Source: a virus. Taken from it: a stretch of DNA of 47,711 bases. Position 1 is the first letter of the stretch. Every line of letters begins with the position of its first letter. Below the pieces are notes generated by a model. The model did not search any database, had not been told where the DNA came from, and worked only from the letters and a program-made list of their open reading frames with translations. Below are positions 1 through 8,401 of the stretch, piece by piece. The stretch is taken from IMG/VR virus record IMGVR_UViG_3300036888_000141, positions 1 to 47,711 of that record, one strand, 5' to 3'. The translations under genes and the position numbers were made by a program.

Positions 1-186
1 CAATTTTTGCTCAAAATCATATCCAGAAACTTCTTTATATTTAGTTTTAAGAAGATTAATTACTTCTTTATCGTTTATATATTCAGATTTAAGTCCATAT
101 ATTCCTAAATTATTTTTTGCTATTTGGAATAAATCAATTCTTTCTTCAAGATTTAATCCACATATTAAATCATTTTCAGGATCCAC
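1..186 (-). CDS. Hypothetical protein, partial (runs off window start); not in ORF track
   Basis: GTG at 186 preceded by GAGTGA RBS; open frame MDPENDLICGLNLEERIDLFQIAK... to base 1. Confidence 0.55.
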   Translation of the reverse strand, partial: MDPENDLICGLNLEERIDLFQIAKNNLGIYGLKSEYINDKEVINLLKTKYKEVSGYDFEQKL

Positions 187-192
187 AATAAA

Positions 193-336
193 TCACTCAT
201 TTAAATATTTAGACACGGCTTCACGTAAGATAAATGACCGTGAACGCTGTTTACTTTCTGCAATTTTATCTATTTTTTCTAGTTCTTCTTCTTCTATATC
301 AAAACAAGCTTTAGTTTTCATGATGTTCACGTTCAT
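193..336 (-). CDS. Ribbon-helix-helix (CopG-like) regulator, 47 aa; not in ORF track
   Basis: RBS GAGGTGA 4 nt before ATG; MNVNIMKTKACFDIEEEELEKIDKIAESKQRSRSFILREAVSKYLNE fits the RHH pattern. Confidence 0.8.
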   Translation of the reverse strand: MNVNIMKTKACFDIEEEELEKIDKIAESKQRSRSFILREAVSKYLNE

Positions 337-554
337 AGTATCACCTCTCTACTTTTATTATTTTCTATATATCCTTAGTTTAGTATCTATTTTTATATTA
401 AATATACTTTTCTATTCTATTCTATTAGAAACTATTATATACTATTATAATAATATAGTAACTTGCAAGAGAAAAACTAATTTTTCTTCATTCTCTTGCC
501 ATTCCCTCCAAATGGATGGAATGAACTTCAAAAAGAAAAGGGGATGAGAAGAAA
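337..554. promoter_or_regulatory. Divergent AT-rich promoter region (putative genetic switch)
   Basis: Lies between the minus-strand RHH gene and the plus-strand early operon; very AT-rich with TATA-like tracts. Confidence 0.55.
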
Positions 555-902
555 ATGAATAAAACAGAAATAAGGAAAATAATTCAAAAAGAAGCTAAAG
601 AAGGCGACTACTGGATATTTGAACATGGTGTAAGGATAAGTAAAGCTGTTATAGACTACTTAGCAGATTATAAAGGTGCACATGCCCTGAATGAGATAAT
701 CCATAGAACAGTATTTGTAACATTTCACAGTGGTATGAAAACTGTTAAAGAATTTCACGTTAAATACGCAGTTCAAGAATTGGATCGGGAAGGAATGGAA
801 GCAGAATCTGAAGCTTTAGATGCTATGGAACGTGGAATCGTTGAATGTGAAACCGCCTATGAAGAAGATTCTGACTATTTTTTAAGTGTGAGGGGGTTCT
901 AA
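555..902 (+). CDS. Divergent histone-fold protein with acidic C-terminal tail
   Basis: VRISKAVIDYLADY...HSGMKTVKEFHVKYAVQEL aligns by eye with HMf ERVSDDARITLAKI...HAGRKTIKAEDIELAVRRF. Confidence 0.6.
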   Translation: MNKTEIRKIIQKEAKEGDYWIFEHGVRISKAVIDYLADYKGAHALNEIIHRTVFVTFHSGMKTVKEFHVKYAVQELDREGMEAESEALDAMERGIVECETAYEEDSDYFLSVRGF

Positions 903-903
903 G

Positions 904-1179
904 ATGAATGAATGCCTTACCTGCAAACATCGAGGATCTGTACCAAATAGTAGACATAGCAGCTGCAAACATCCGATCGTAGAACAATACATTGGTAATC
1001 ATGAGGATTTAATGCTAATTTTTGATGGAATTGTAAATAAACACAAGATTCCCTGGATTCATGAAAACCTGAAAGTTGTATTAGATGAAGATGCTTTCGC
1101 GGAAGGATGGGCTTCCTGGCCTTTCAACTTCGATCCAATCTGGTTAAAAAGTTGCACTGGATATGAAGGTGATGAATAA
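904..1179 (+). CDS. Hypothetical phage-type protein (CxxCxH ... WPFNFDP..C)
   Basis: ORF coupled to neighbours; Cys/His motif. Confidence 0.7.
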   Translation: MNECLTCKHRGSVPNSRHSSCKHPIVEQYIGNHEDLMLIFDGIVNKHKIPWIHENLKVVLDEDAFAEGWASWPFNFDPIWLKSCTGYEGDE

Positions 1180-1349
1180 TGACTCGGAGCATGAGAAACG
1201 ATAGAAGACATTTCGTTAATGCAATCTGTAAAAAAACAACTACTGATTGCCCTAATTGTGAAGAAGATGTTTTATGGGAATGTCCTAGAGGTTTTATTTG
1301 TGTTAAATGTGGTTATGAATCAAATTTAGTTAAAATGGGGGCTAAGTAA
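1179..1349 (+). CDS. Small Zn-ribbon protein, 56 aa; not in ORF track
   Basis: MTRSMRNDRRHFVNAICKKTTTDCPNCEEDVLWECPRGFICVKCGYES...; TAATG overlap with the upstream stop. Confidence 0.65.
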   Translation: MTRSMRNDRRHFVNAICKKTTTDCPNCEEDVLWECPRGFICVKCGYESNLVKMGAK

Positions 1350-1350
1350 G

Positions 1351-1557
1351 ATGCTAATTATCCAAATAAGCACTTTAGGAATTGAAGATGACATCAGAGA
1401 AGCCATCGAAGGAACATTACCTGATGATGTCATGCAAAGATTAGACAGTTACGGTGTTTCTGATGGAGTAGTCCAGGCTGTGAAAAAAGCAGTTTTGGAT
1501 AGGGAAGTCCTATGCAACTGTGATATGGATAAATCAATGCAGAGGGTGATTGGATGA
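1351..1557 (+). CDS. Hypothetical protein
   Basis: Tightly packed operon ORF. Confidence 0.65.
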   Translation: MLIIQISTLGIEDDIREAIEGTLPDDVMQRLDSYGVSDGVVQAVKKAVLDREVLCNCDMDKSMQRVIG

Positions 1558-1682
1558 TGGAAACTAAAAAGAAACTCTTAGATGCAGCTGGTAAATATTT
1601 CTTCCAAAAAGCATTAGAACGAGAGGGCATACAAATCGGAGCACATTGGGAAAGAAAAGGAAATAGGAGTTATAACAAGTAG
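1554..1682 (+). CDS. Hypothetical protein, 42 aa; not in ORF track
   Basis: ATGA overlap, GAGGGTGA RBS; MMETKKKLLDAAGKYFFQKALEREG... Confidence 0.5.
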   Translation: MMETKKKLLDAAGKYFFQKALEREGIQIGAHWERKGNRSYNK

Positions 1683-1692
1683 GTGATTTCTG

Positions 1693-1941
1693 ATGACAAA
1701 AAAAGGAATTAACAGAGTTACCATTAGCATTCCTGAGAAGTTAGATCTGAAATTCAGACAAAAAGCATGCACCAAATTCAAGTTTAAAAGAGGATGGTAT
1801 GGTTTAGCATTTATGGAAGGGATGAGGCTTTGGTTGAACAAAGAAATCCAATTAAAGCAAATAAAAGAATCTAAACGGGATTTCAGTCTTTTAAGCAGCA
1901 TTCCATTAACTAATGAAAATGAAATTGAACAGGTGATTTAA
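1693..1941 (+). CDS. RHH-type DNA-binding protein
   Basis: RVTISIPEKLDLKFRQKA...AFMEGMRLWL; AGGTGA RBS. Confidence 0.7.
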   Translation: MTKKGINRVTISIPEKLDLKFRQKACTKFKFKRGWYGLAFMEGMRLWLNKEIQLKQIKESKRDFSLLSSIPLTNENEIEQVI

Positions 1942-2094
1942 ATGATGGATCATATTGCAGAAGAAGAAGCCAGTAACATGGCAGCATGCATTCATACCAT
2001 GCATGAATGTGGAATAAACCAGGATGAACCGGATAAAGACTGCGAGCTTATGGAATGCAGATTCTGCTGCAGTTTAAGGAAGGATAAAATATGA
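1942..2094 (+). CDS. Small Cys/His-rich protein, 50 aa; not in ORF track
   Basis: MMDHIAEEEASNMAACIHTMHECG...CELMECRFCC; AGGTGA RBS; stop overlaps the next ATG. Confidence 0.5.
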   Translation: MMDHIAEEEASNMAACIHTMHECGINQDEPDKDCELMECRFCCSLRKDKI

Positions 2095-2807
2095 AAAATG
2101 TTACATATTTTTTTCCTTTGAGTAACGGCCTAGACTTCACTTTAATCGATGCAGAAGATTATGAAAAAATTAAAAACCAGAAATGGCATTTACACCATGA
2201 CCGTAAACGACCTGATAATTTAAAATATGCCCGTAAAAGGTATGGAAATGGGCATATTCTGTTACATAGACTTATTTTAAATCCGCATAAATTGAAACAA
2301 GTCGATCATATTAATGGAAATGGGTTGGATAATCGAAGGGAAAATCTTAGAATTGTTACGGGTAATGAAAATGGTCAAAATAGGCACCATCCACGAAGCA
2401 GTCAATATCCTGGTGTTTGTTTTTGTAAACAAACAGGAAAGTGGATTTCTCAAGTTCAATATGATAATAAGAAATATTGGTTAGGACGTTTTAACACATC
2501 GAAAGAAGCCCAAGCAGAATATCAAAATGCATATAATGCCCTTATAAATGGGGAAAAGGTTATTATTAAAAAACCCAATTTCACAAGTCGATTTAAGGGG
2601 GTTAGTTGGAATAAGAATGTTCAAAAATGGCAGGTTCATATCACGATTAATAAAAAAAGTAAAAATCTGGGTTATTTTAAGTCAGAAGAAGCTGCTTCAT
2701 TAGCTTATATTAAAAAAGCTGTGAAAATTAGTGAAATAATTCAAGAAAGGTATATTGGAATTTTAGATTCTGATGTAATTAAATCTATGAGGAGATGTTT
2801 GAAATGA
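2091..2807 (+). CDS. HNH endonuclease with two AP2-like domains
   Basis: VDHINGNGLDNRRENLR HNH motif; SQYPGVCF..W...LGRF and SRFKGVSW..W...LGYF AP2 repeats. Confidence 0.9.
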   Translation: MKNVTYFFPLSNGLDFTLIDAEDYEKIKNQKWHLHHDRKRPDNLKYARKRYGNGHILLHRLILNPHKLKQVDHINGNGLDNRRENLRIVTGNENGQNRHHPRSSQYPGVCFCKQTGKWISQVQYDNKKYWLGRFNTSKEAQAEYQNAYNALINGEKVIIKKPNFTSRFKGVSWNKNVQKWQVHITINKKSKNLGYFKSEEAASLAYIKKAVKISEIIQERYIGILDSDVIKSMRRCLK

Positions 2808-2992
2808 GTGAACGAACACGAAGACGAGCAGATTTACTCAGACCACGCCAGAAAGATCCTTACATCCAAGCTTATGATTATTTCACAGCCAGACCTGCAA
2901 TTATCATTTTAGCATTATTAATTGTTATGTGGGCTGCGATCATAATCTGGAGCTTTGAATTAATGACACTCGCAAGTATTGGAGGTGGTTAA
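2804..2992 (+). CDS. Small membrane protein
   Basis: One hydrophobic helix; start at ATG 2804 preferred (overlaps the HNH stop; track start 2795). Confidence 0.6.
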   Translation: MSERTRRRADLLRPRQKDPYIQAYDYFTARPAIIILALLIVMWAAIIIWSFELMTLASIGGG

Positions 2993-2994
2993 GG

Positions 2995-3207
2995 ATGGAA
3001 TGTCCTGTATGTGAAAATCAAATGAAAGAACACATATCCCACTTTAAATGTGGTAAATGTGGAACTGTGATGAATAAGACCACACCCGCACCAAGAGATT
3101 TACGGAAACAAGAAGTCCAAAGCCTTTATAATGAAACTTTCCATTTCTTATTTCTCTTATGGCGATTTGTGGTGTTTAGAATTGCTTATAAAATTGTGGG
3201 GGATTAA
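2995..3207 (+). CDS. Zn-ribbon protein
   Basis: CPVC...CGKC; GGAGGTG RBS. Confidence 0.65.
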   Translation: MECPVCENQMKEHISHFKCGKCGTVMNKTTPAPRDLRKQEVQSLYNETFHFLFLLWRFVVFRIAYKIVGD

Positions 3208-3219
3208 AGATTTTCATTT

Positions 3220-3309
3220 GGCTGCCAGTTGAAGGAAATTTCATAATTAAACCCCCAAACTTTTATTAAAAAAAATCCTTCTCTTCGTCTTACTACAAGA
3301 CTGGCAGCC
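3220..3309 (+). ncRNA. Stem-loop upstream of the tRNA-like element
   Basis: Perfect 10-bp inverted repeat GGCTGCCAGT (3220-3229)/ACTGGCAGCC (3300-3309), plus inner GAAGGA/TCCTTC. Confidence 0.35.
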
Positions 3310-3322
3310 TCCTAAATTCATT

Positions 3323-3393
3323 GCCTGTATAACATAGTTTGGTGATGTGCTCGGCCTGTAACCGAGAAACGGGGGTTCGATTCCCTACTGGCT
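3323..3393 (+). tRNA. Degenerate tRNA-Thr(UGU)-like element
   Basis: Acceptor GCCTGTA/TACTGGC (one U-U), D stem ACAT/ATGT with GG loop, anticodon stem CTCGG/CCGAG with loop CC-TGT-AA, TTCGATT T-loop, U73; T-stem 3' strand is 2 nt short and position 33 is C. Confidence 0.55.
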
Positions 3394-3468
3394 TATATTT
3401 TAATTAAAAATTAAGGAGGTATTGAAACGGGACGGAAAAAAACAAGACAAAATAGTAAAGGAATTCAC

Positions 3469-3903
3469 ATGAACATTGATTTTGACCTTTATAAGAAATC
3501 TAAAACGTTAATTCCTGACCGTACTAAGGACTATGAAGATTATCTTAGAAGAAAAATAGCAACCAGTAATCGAGCAGAAATTATCAAAATGGAAATTGAT
3601 GAACTAGATATGAAAAAACAGGAATTAATGAAAGAATATGACCGAGAAATAGGTTTAATGTCTGTTGAAGATGAATTGAAGGGTGAAGATATAAACAAAT
3701 TAACATTTGCATTAAACACTGTTTTAAAAATTATAGATAATGATGGTAGTATTGGTTTGGATAGAATTGAAGAAATAGCTACAGTTCAAGATATTAGTTT
3801 CTCGGAGTTAAAAAGTGCTATTCCTGATTCTATGGGTGATAAAATTCTTAAACATCATTTACACACTGTTCAAGGGAGGAGTAAATATGATAGCCTCATT
3901 TAA
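3469..3903 (+). CDS. Hypothetical protein (RHH-like N-terminus, coiled coil); start may be ACG at 3427
   Basis: Frame is open upstream to the AGGAGGT RBS (3414-3420), which would give MGRKKTRQNSKGIHMNIDFDLY. Confidence 0.7.
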   Translation: MNIDFDLYKKSKTLIPDRTKDYEDYLRRKIATSNRAEIIKMEIDELDMKKQELMKEYDREIGLMSVEDELKGEDINKLTFALNTVLKIIDNDGSIGLDRIEEIATVQDISFSELKSAIPDSMGDKILKHHLHTVQGRSKYDSLI

Positions 3904-4053
3904 ATTTGAACTTAATTTTTTATGTATTTCATGTACACGAAATACATTGAATACACGAAATCCGGATCTACCTTCGTATCTATTATTATATATTATATTA
4001 TTAATTATTATATTTTTATTATTAATTTATTTATTATTTATTAAGGTGATTTA

Positions 4054-4344
4054 ATGAGTTCTCCTATGGCTAAACCGATTTTTAAATCATGTCCCCACTG
4101 TAATGATGGTGTGATAAGTCAGTGGTATTGGACTTATGAAGAAAACGAATCTGAAAGAGGACTTAAAGCGGTTGAGTGTAGTTGTGAATTGGATCCTTTG
4201 GAGTTAGGTTTGGGTTATTATGCTGATTGGAAAGCTGATCCTAATAATTTTTATCCTCAGAGACCTTTGAAAAAGGTTGCATCGAAAACTGAAGAGGAGT
4301 TATTATCTACGGTTCCGCCTAGTAAACGGGTTGCACGCTCATAG
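4054..4344 (+). CDS. Hypothetical Zn-binding protein
   Basis: CPHC...CSC; AGGTGA RBS. Confidence 0.65.
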   Translation: MSSPMAKPIFKSCPHCNDGVISQWYWTYEENESERGLKAVECSCELDPLELGLGYYADWKADPNNFYPQRPLKKVASKTEEELLSTVPPSKRVARS

Positions 4345-4379
4345 AAATTTTTATGAGAGAAAAAAAGCAGGTGATTTAG

Positions 4380-4733
4380 TTGAATAATGAAGAAATTAAA
4401 AAAGAATTAGATGGCAGTGGCTTATCCTTAGTAGCTGTTTTAGGGAAAGCTAAGAGGACTTGGGGTGATAGTAAAAAAGTTATAGAGTACACTGATAAGC
4501 TCTCCAGGGATGAGCAGAAAATATTTGCAGAGGATACTTACCTTGCAGGTTTGGTTTTAGAGAAAATTCGGATCGATAGTGAGATTGTGGAGCATATTGA
4601 TAAAACTGTCCAAAACTACCGGCTGCAAATGATTAAGAATGATATTGAGGAAAAAAAGGAAGCTGAAGAGATGGCTATTAAAAATGAAGATAAAGGATGG
4701 AAATCTCCAAAAGAGTTAGGGCTGGTGGAATAA
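4380..4733 (+). CDS. Hypothetical protein
   Basis: AGGTGA RBS, TTG start. Confidence 0.7.
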   Translation: MNNEEIKKELDGSGLSLVAVLGKAKRTWGDSKKVIEYTDKLSRDEQKIFAEDTYLAGLVLEKIRIDSEIVEHIDKTVQNYRLQMIKNDIEEKKEAEEMAIKNEDKGWKSPKELGLVE

Positions 4734-5363
4734 ATGACTGAAGCAAAAACTGAGAAAAAAGAATGGGTTAAAGTTCCGAGCAAATCTGGTGTTTGGAAAG
4801 GTGAATCTATAGGTGATCAGTTAGAAGGAATCTATTTAAGAAGAGTTTTAAGTCCGTTCCGTGGAAGGGATAACTGGAAGTATTGTATTGAATGTGATCA
4901 CCCTATAGCTGTTGATGGAGTTGTTACTGTTTTCGGTACTACCGGTTTGAACAGTGCTATGGATGACATACCAACTGGTTATAAGATTAAAATTATTTAC
5001 CAGGGTGAGAAACCTGCCAGCGACCCTATGCATAAAGCGTTCAAAAAATATGATGTTTATGCGGAAATCAGTAAAAAGGATCCATTATATTTGAAATTAT
5101 ATCCTGTAGAGTTTAATGAGAATAATAAACCTCATAATTCAGAAATGAAAACAGCTGAAGACAGAGAGGCACGTAACACAATAGATCATTATATTGAAGT
5201 CATGAAAGACCAGCATTTGGTGATTACCTGCGAAGCTGTTATTGTGTATATTAAATCTGATCCTGATTTTGATGAGAATAGTGAGGATATGACCAGGGTT
5301 AAATTCGAGTTAATGAGGATGCATAAAGCCGGTGAAATTAAACGAGCTAAGGAGATTGATTAA
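4734..5363 (+). CDS. Putative OB-fold ssDNA-binding protein
   Basis: VWKGESIGDQLEGIY...VFGTTGLNSAM...KIKIIYQGEK pattern resembles phage SSB-like proteins. Confidence 0.55.
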   Translation: MTEAKTEKKEWVKVPSKSGVWKGESIGDQLEGIYLRRVLSPFRGRDNWKYCIECDHPIAVDGVVTVFGTTGLNSAMDDIPTGYKIKIIYQGEKPASDPMHKAFKKYDVYAEISKKDPLYLKLYPVEFNENNKPHNSEMKTAEDREARNTIDHYIEVMKDQHLVITCEAVIVYIKSDPDFDENSEDMTRVKFELMRMHKAGEIKRAKEID

Positions 5364-5714
5364 ATGGTTTATAAGAATATGGCTGAAGTTTTAGTAGGTG
5401 TTTATCAGAAACTTCAAAAGAAACGAGATAATTTACAAAGTAAAAAATCTGAATTAGGTTTTCGTTTAACATTGTTGGAACATTCAAAGTATGCAGGTTC
5501 TCCAATGTGTGAAGATGTTGAAAAAGAGCTTAATAAAACTGAATGTAGCCTAGCAGATGTGAATGCTGAACTGGAATTAATCGAAGAAAAAATCAATGGT
5601 GGAGCTTCTTTAGACCGTTTTATACTCAATGATGAGGATTTAAAGAAGGTGGAAGATAAGCTGAATGAAGAAAATGATGATCTTGAAGTTGGAATATCTA
5701 GAGTTGAAGACTAA
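5364..5714 (+). CDS. Coiled-coil hypothetical protein
   Basis: Heptad-rich acidic sequence; abuts neighbours. Confidence 0.7.
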   Translation: MVYKNMAEVLVGVYQKLQKKRDNLQSKKSELGFRLTLLEHSKYAGSPMCEDVEKELNKTECSLADVNAELELIEEKINGGASLDRFILNDEDLKKVEDKLNEENDDLEVGISRVED

Positions 5715-5716
5715 GA

Positions 5717-6004
5717 ATGAGTTATCCTAAGAATACAAGAATCAAAGCTGGTTATGATCTGTACCAACGGAAAGGTACAGTTACTATTCTCTTTTTTGAT
5801 GATACAATGGTCCAGGCTGAAGTTAAAAATAGTAAGGGAGATACTGAATTTGTCACTTGTATAACTGCTTATTGGAGATGCACGTGTGATGACTGGGTTA
5901 ACCGTTGGAAGCTCATTGAAGGAGCTTTTTTCTGTAAACATTGTTTAGATGTGTTGCTGGAAATATCATATAGGTTGAATGAGGATTTAGAGATGGTGGG
6001 TTAA
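5717..6004 (+). CDS. SWIM Zn-finger protein
   Basis: WRCTCDDW...FCKHCL (CxC-xn-CxH). Confidence 0.8.
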   Translation: MSYPKNTRIKAGYDLYQRKGTVTILFFDDTMVQAEVKNSKGDTEFVTCITAYWRCTCDDWVNRWKLIEGAFFCKHCLDVLLEISYRLNEDLEMVG

Positions 6005-6118
6005 ATGATTGAATCAAAAGATTGCAATGACTTATTTAATTTTGAAGAGTTTTACACGTATATGAGTTTTTATGATCCTAATCTATTGCATGATTCCGGT
6101 TTAGAGAGGTTGGTTTAA

Positions 6119-6322
6119 ATGAATATTATGGATAAGGGAACTGTTTTAACAGGTACACGAACTCGTAATGGTGAAGTGGAGTTTTTTTATACAGTTCAAT
6201 TAACTAAAAAGCAGTATAAGGAATTTAAGCATGATTGGAGTTTTACAGGAGCTACTAATAAATGGGAAAATGTTTTAAAAAAATTTGATAATGCAGGAAT
6301 TAAAATTGAGGTTGTTGAATGA
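6119..6322 (+). CDS. Hypothetical protein
   Basis: GAGGT RBS; overlaps the next start. Confidence 0.6.
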   Translation: MNIMDKGTVLTGTRTRNGEVEFFYTVQLTKKQYKEFKHDWSFTGATNKWENVLKKFDNAGIKIEVVE

Positions 6323-6576
6323 TTAATTTTAGTTTATTTTTATTTTGGTTTGCGTCTTTTTTATCTCTTTTAGGTGCTTATTGGATAGCTGAAGGTAATA
6401 AAGCAGGTTTTTTAGTGTGGTGTTGCAGCAATCCATTAATTATATTGCAGACTTATTTATCAAATTCATGGAATCTTGTTTTTTTATATATTATATTCTG
6501 GATTTTAGCTGTAAGGGGTTATACTAAGGGAAGTGTTAATATTGGCGCGAGATGGACTTCATTTTTTGGAAAGTAA
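6319..6576 (+). CDS. Small 3-TM membrane protein (PnuC-like half-transporter type seen in phages)
   Basis: WFASFLSLLGAYW...GFLVWCCSN...LYIIFWILAVRGY. Confidence 0.55.
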   Translation: MINFSLFLFWFASFLSLLGAYWIAEGNKAGFLVWCCSNPLIILQTYLSNSWNLVFLYIIFWILAVRGYTKGSVNIGARWTSFFGK

Positions 6577-6601
6577 AAAGAATAGGAATATAATCAAGTC
6601 A

Positions 6602-7282
6602 ATGGTTAATAAAAAAGAAGTAAATAATTCAGAGGTGGAAAATGTGGGAAAAGAATTAAATCCTCAGGAATGTCCGATTTGTGGTGGAGTTAAAAAATCT
6701 AATTGGGAAACGTGTATGGAGTGTAAGGAAAGGGAATTCAGGAATTTATTTGATGTTAAATTAAAACCTTTATTCGGTGAATATGATGAAATAATTACAA
6801 GCTTGATTAAAAGCCAGATTGACAAGCCAGTAGGTTATATTCAAAAGTTAACAGCGTTTCTAATTGATAATAAACTTTTAAATGTCCGTAGAGATGGTAA
6901 TAAAAATTATTATACTTTACCTGGAAAAACTGTCGCGGAAGAAATTTCAAAACCAGTTGAAGAAATTAAGTCTAAAAATAGACCTATTGAATCACCAAAA
7001 ACAGTTGCAAATACACCAGACCATAGAACTTATGCAGATCCTGAAAATACTCCTAAGACTACTACTCAAATTCTCCTTATCACTGAATTATTACCAAGTC
7101 TTATCAATGCTGCCTTGATAACGATAGATCCTGAGGATAATATCTTAAAAGCTGATTTTCCTCAGCAAAAATCATTATTGGACTTATATGAAACATTGCC
7201 GAATCATTTGAAAAGCTTAGTTAAACTCCATATCGATCAGGAAAGTACAGTTCAAAAAATTACTATTCCATTAGAAGGTTAA
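6602..7282 (+). CDS. Zn-finger / wHTH-like hypothetical protein (track start 6533)
   Basis: CPICG...CMEC; LLNVRRDGNKNYY wing-like motif. Confidence 0.65.
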   Translation: MVNKKEVNNSEVENVGKELNPQECPICGGVKKSNWETCMECKEREFRNLFDVKLKPLFGEYDEIITSLIKSQIDKPVGYIQKLTAFLIDNKLLNVRRDGNKNYYTLPGKTVAEEISKPVEEIKSKNRPIESPKTVANTPDHRTYADPENTPKTTTQILLITELLPSLINAALITIDPEDNILKADFPQQKSLLDLYETLPNHLKSLVKLHIDQESTVQKITIPLEG

Positions 7283-7303
7283 AATCTAATTTCTTTAGGG
7301 GCG

Positions 7304-7774
7304 GTGATTATGATAGATTGTAATACAGATCCGGGAAGACCTGTAGGTATGTTATTAAATTTATATAAAAATCCACAAAAAGGGGAATCTAAAAAACTTC
7401 AAGAAGATGCGAAACAGCAGCAGAGGTTATATGAACGGTTGAATTATGTTAATTATGTCGCTGAGGAGTTGAATATAAAGAATCACAGAAAAAGGATTAG
7501 ACATATCATTAAAAATTTGGATAGTTTGAATGATTTATGTAAGCGTTGTAAATGGCAGACAATTGTAATTGCTATTGCTTTTTATGTGAAATGTTATTAT
7601 CATAATTGCAAAACTAGCCAGATACATAGATATAAAGTATGTAGGGAGAATGATTTAACCCTTTCCACTTATTCTATGATTGTTACACGCTTGGCTGCTC
7701 AATTCCAGACCAATATATACTTATCCCCACTGTGTCCTACAGAGAAAGTAAAGAACAGTTCAATGTTGATGTAG
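7304..7774 (+). CDS. TFIIB/TFB cyclin-fold-like protein
   Basis: Helical repeat with RLNYVNYVAEELNI...LCKRCKWQTIVIAIAFYVK...VCRENDLTLSTY, resembling a TFB core repeat. Confidence 0.5.
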   Translation: MIMIDCNTDPGRPVGMLLNLYKNPQKGESKKLQEDAKQQQRLYERLNYVNYVAEELNIKNHRKRIRHIIKNLDSLNDLCKRCKWQTIVIAIAFYVKCYYHNCKTSQIHRYKVCRENDLTLSTYSMIVTRLAAQFQTNIYLSPLCPTEKVKNSSMLM

Positions 7775-7781
7775 TTTTCTC

Positions 7782-8240
7782 ATGATAAGCTTATCAAAAT
7801 TAAAGGGGGACATTACACCCCTTGGACATGGTGGAATGCAAACAGTTGGAAACAAACCTAAACATCACTTTAAATATAACCATGAATGGTTAAAAAAAGT
7901 GTTAAATAAGGAATGCCCCGATTGTGAAGAACAGATGACTAAAAAGGGCATTATAAGAAGCTGTACTAATTGCACATTGAAAATATATGGAAGCCCCATG
8001 CTGGTAGCTTATGATAAAATAACCATAATAAATCCTTATTACCTCGTAACTAAAGACCACTGCCCAGATTGTAATGGAACAGAATTTGAAGAAATATATA
8101 AACATGGCAACACTGTTTGTAAAAGCTGTGGATTGGTACTCGCAGGACCTGCTGACAATGATATTATATATCCTTGGCATTTGAATTTCTATGACACTGA
8201 ACCCAAAAATCAGAAGAAAGTATTTATACAAAAGAATTGA
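7782..8240 (+). CDS. Double Zn-ribbon protein with a TFIIB-type ribbon
   Basis: CPDCNGTEFEEIYKHGNTVCKSCGLVL matches the TFB ribbon CPxCGS.......GE.VC..CG.V; a second CPDC/CTNC pair precedes it. Confidence 0.7.
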   Translation: MISLSKLKGDITPLGHGGMQTVGNKPKHHFKYNHEWLKKVLNKECPDCEEQMTKKGIIRSCTNCTLKIYGSPMLVAYDKITIINPYYLVTKDHCPDCNGTEFEEIYKHGNTVCKSCGLVLAGPADNDIIYPWHLNFYDTEPKNQKKVFIQKN

Positions 8241-8285
8241 CTTTGACGGAACTTACGAGTTTCTTCAATTGAATCACCATATAAG

Positions 8286-8335
8286 GGGGATAGGTTTTTT
8301 TTTACTACTCGCTCAACATCTTTTTTCCTATCCCC
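8286..8335 (+). terminator. Stem-loop with T-tracts after the TFB-like pair
   Basis: GGGGATAGG/CCTATCCCC 9-bp inverted repeat enclosing poly-T. Confidence 0.45.
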
Positions 8336-8401
8336 TAAACTTTTAAAAGTTTTAATCAAAAATTCACGGTTAGGAAACTGTTTTATTTAGGAGGCGGTAA
8401 A

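Noticed and set aside
320-547. 75-aa plus-strand ORF in the track
   Set aside because: AT-rich promoter region overlapping the start of the real minus-strand RHH gene; no RBS
3815-4054. 79-aa hydrophobic ORF
   Set aside because: Arises from the A/T-only tract and overlaps 3469..3903
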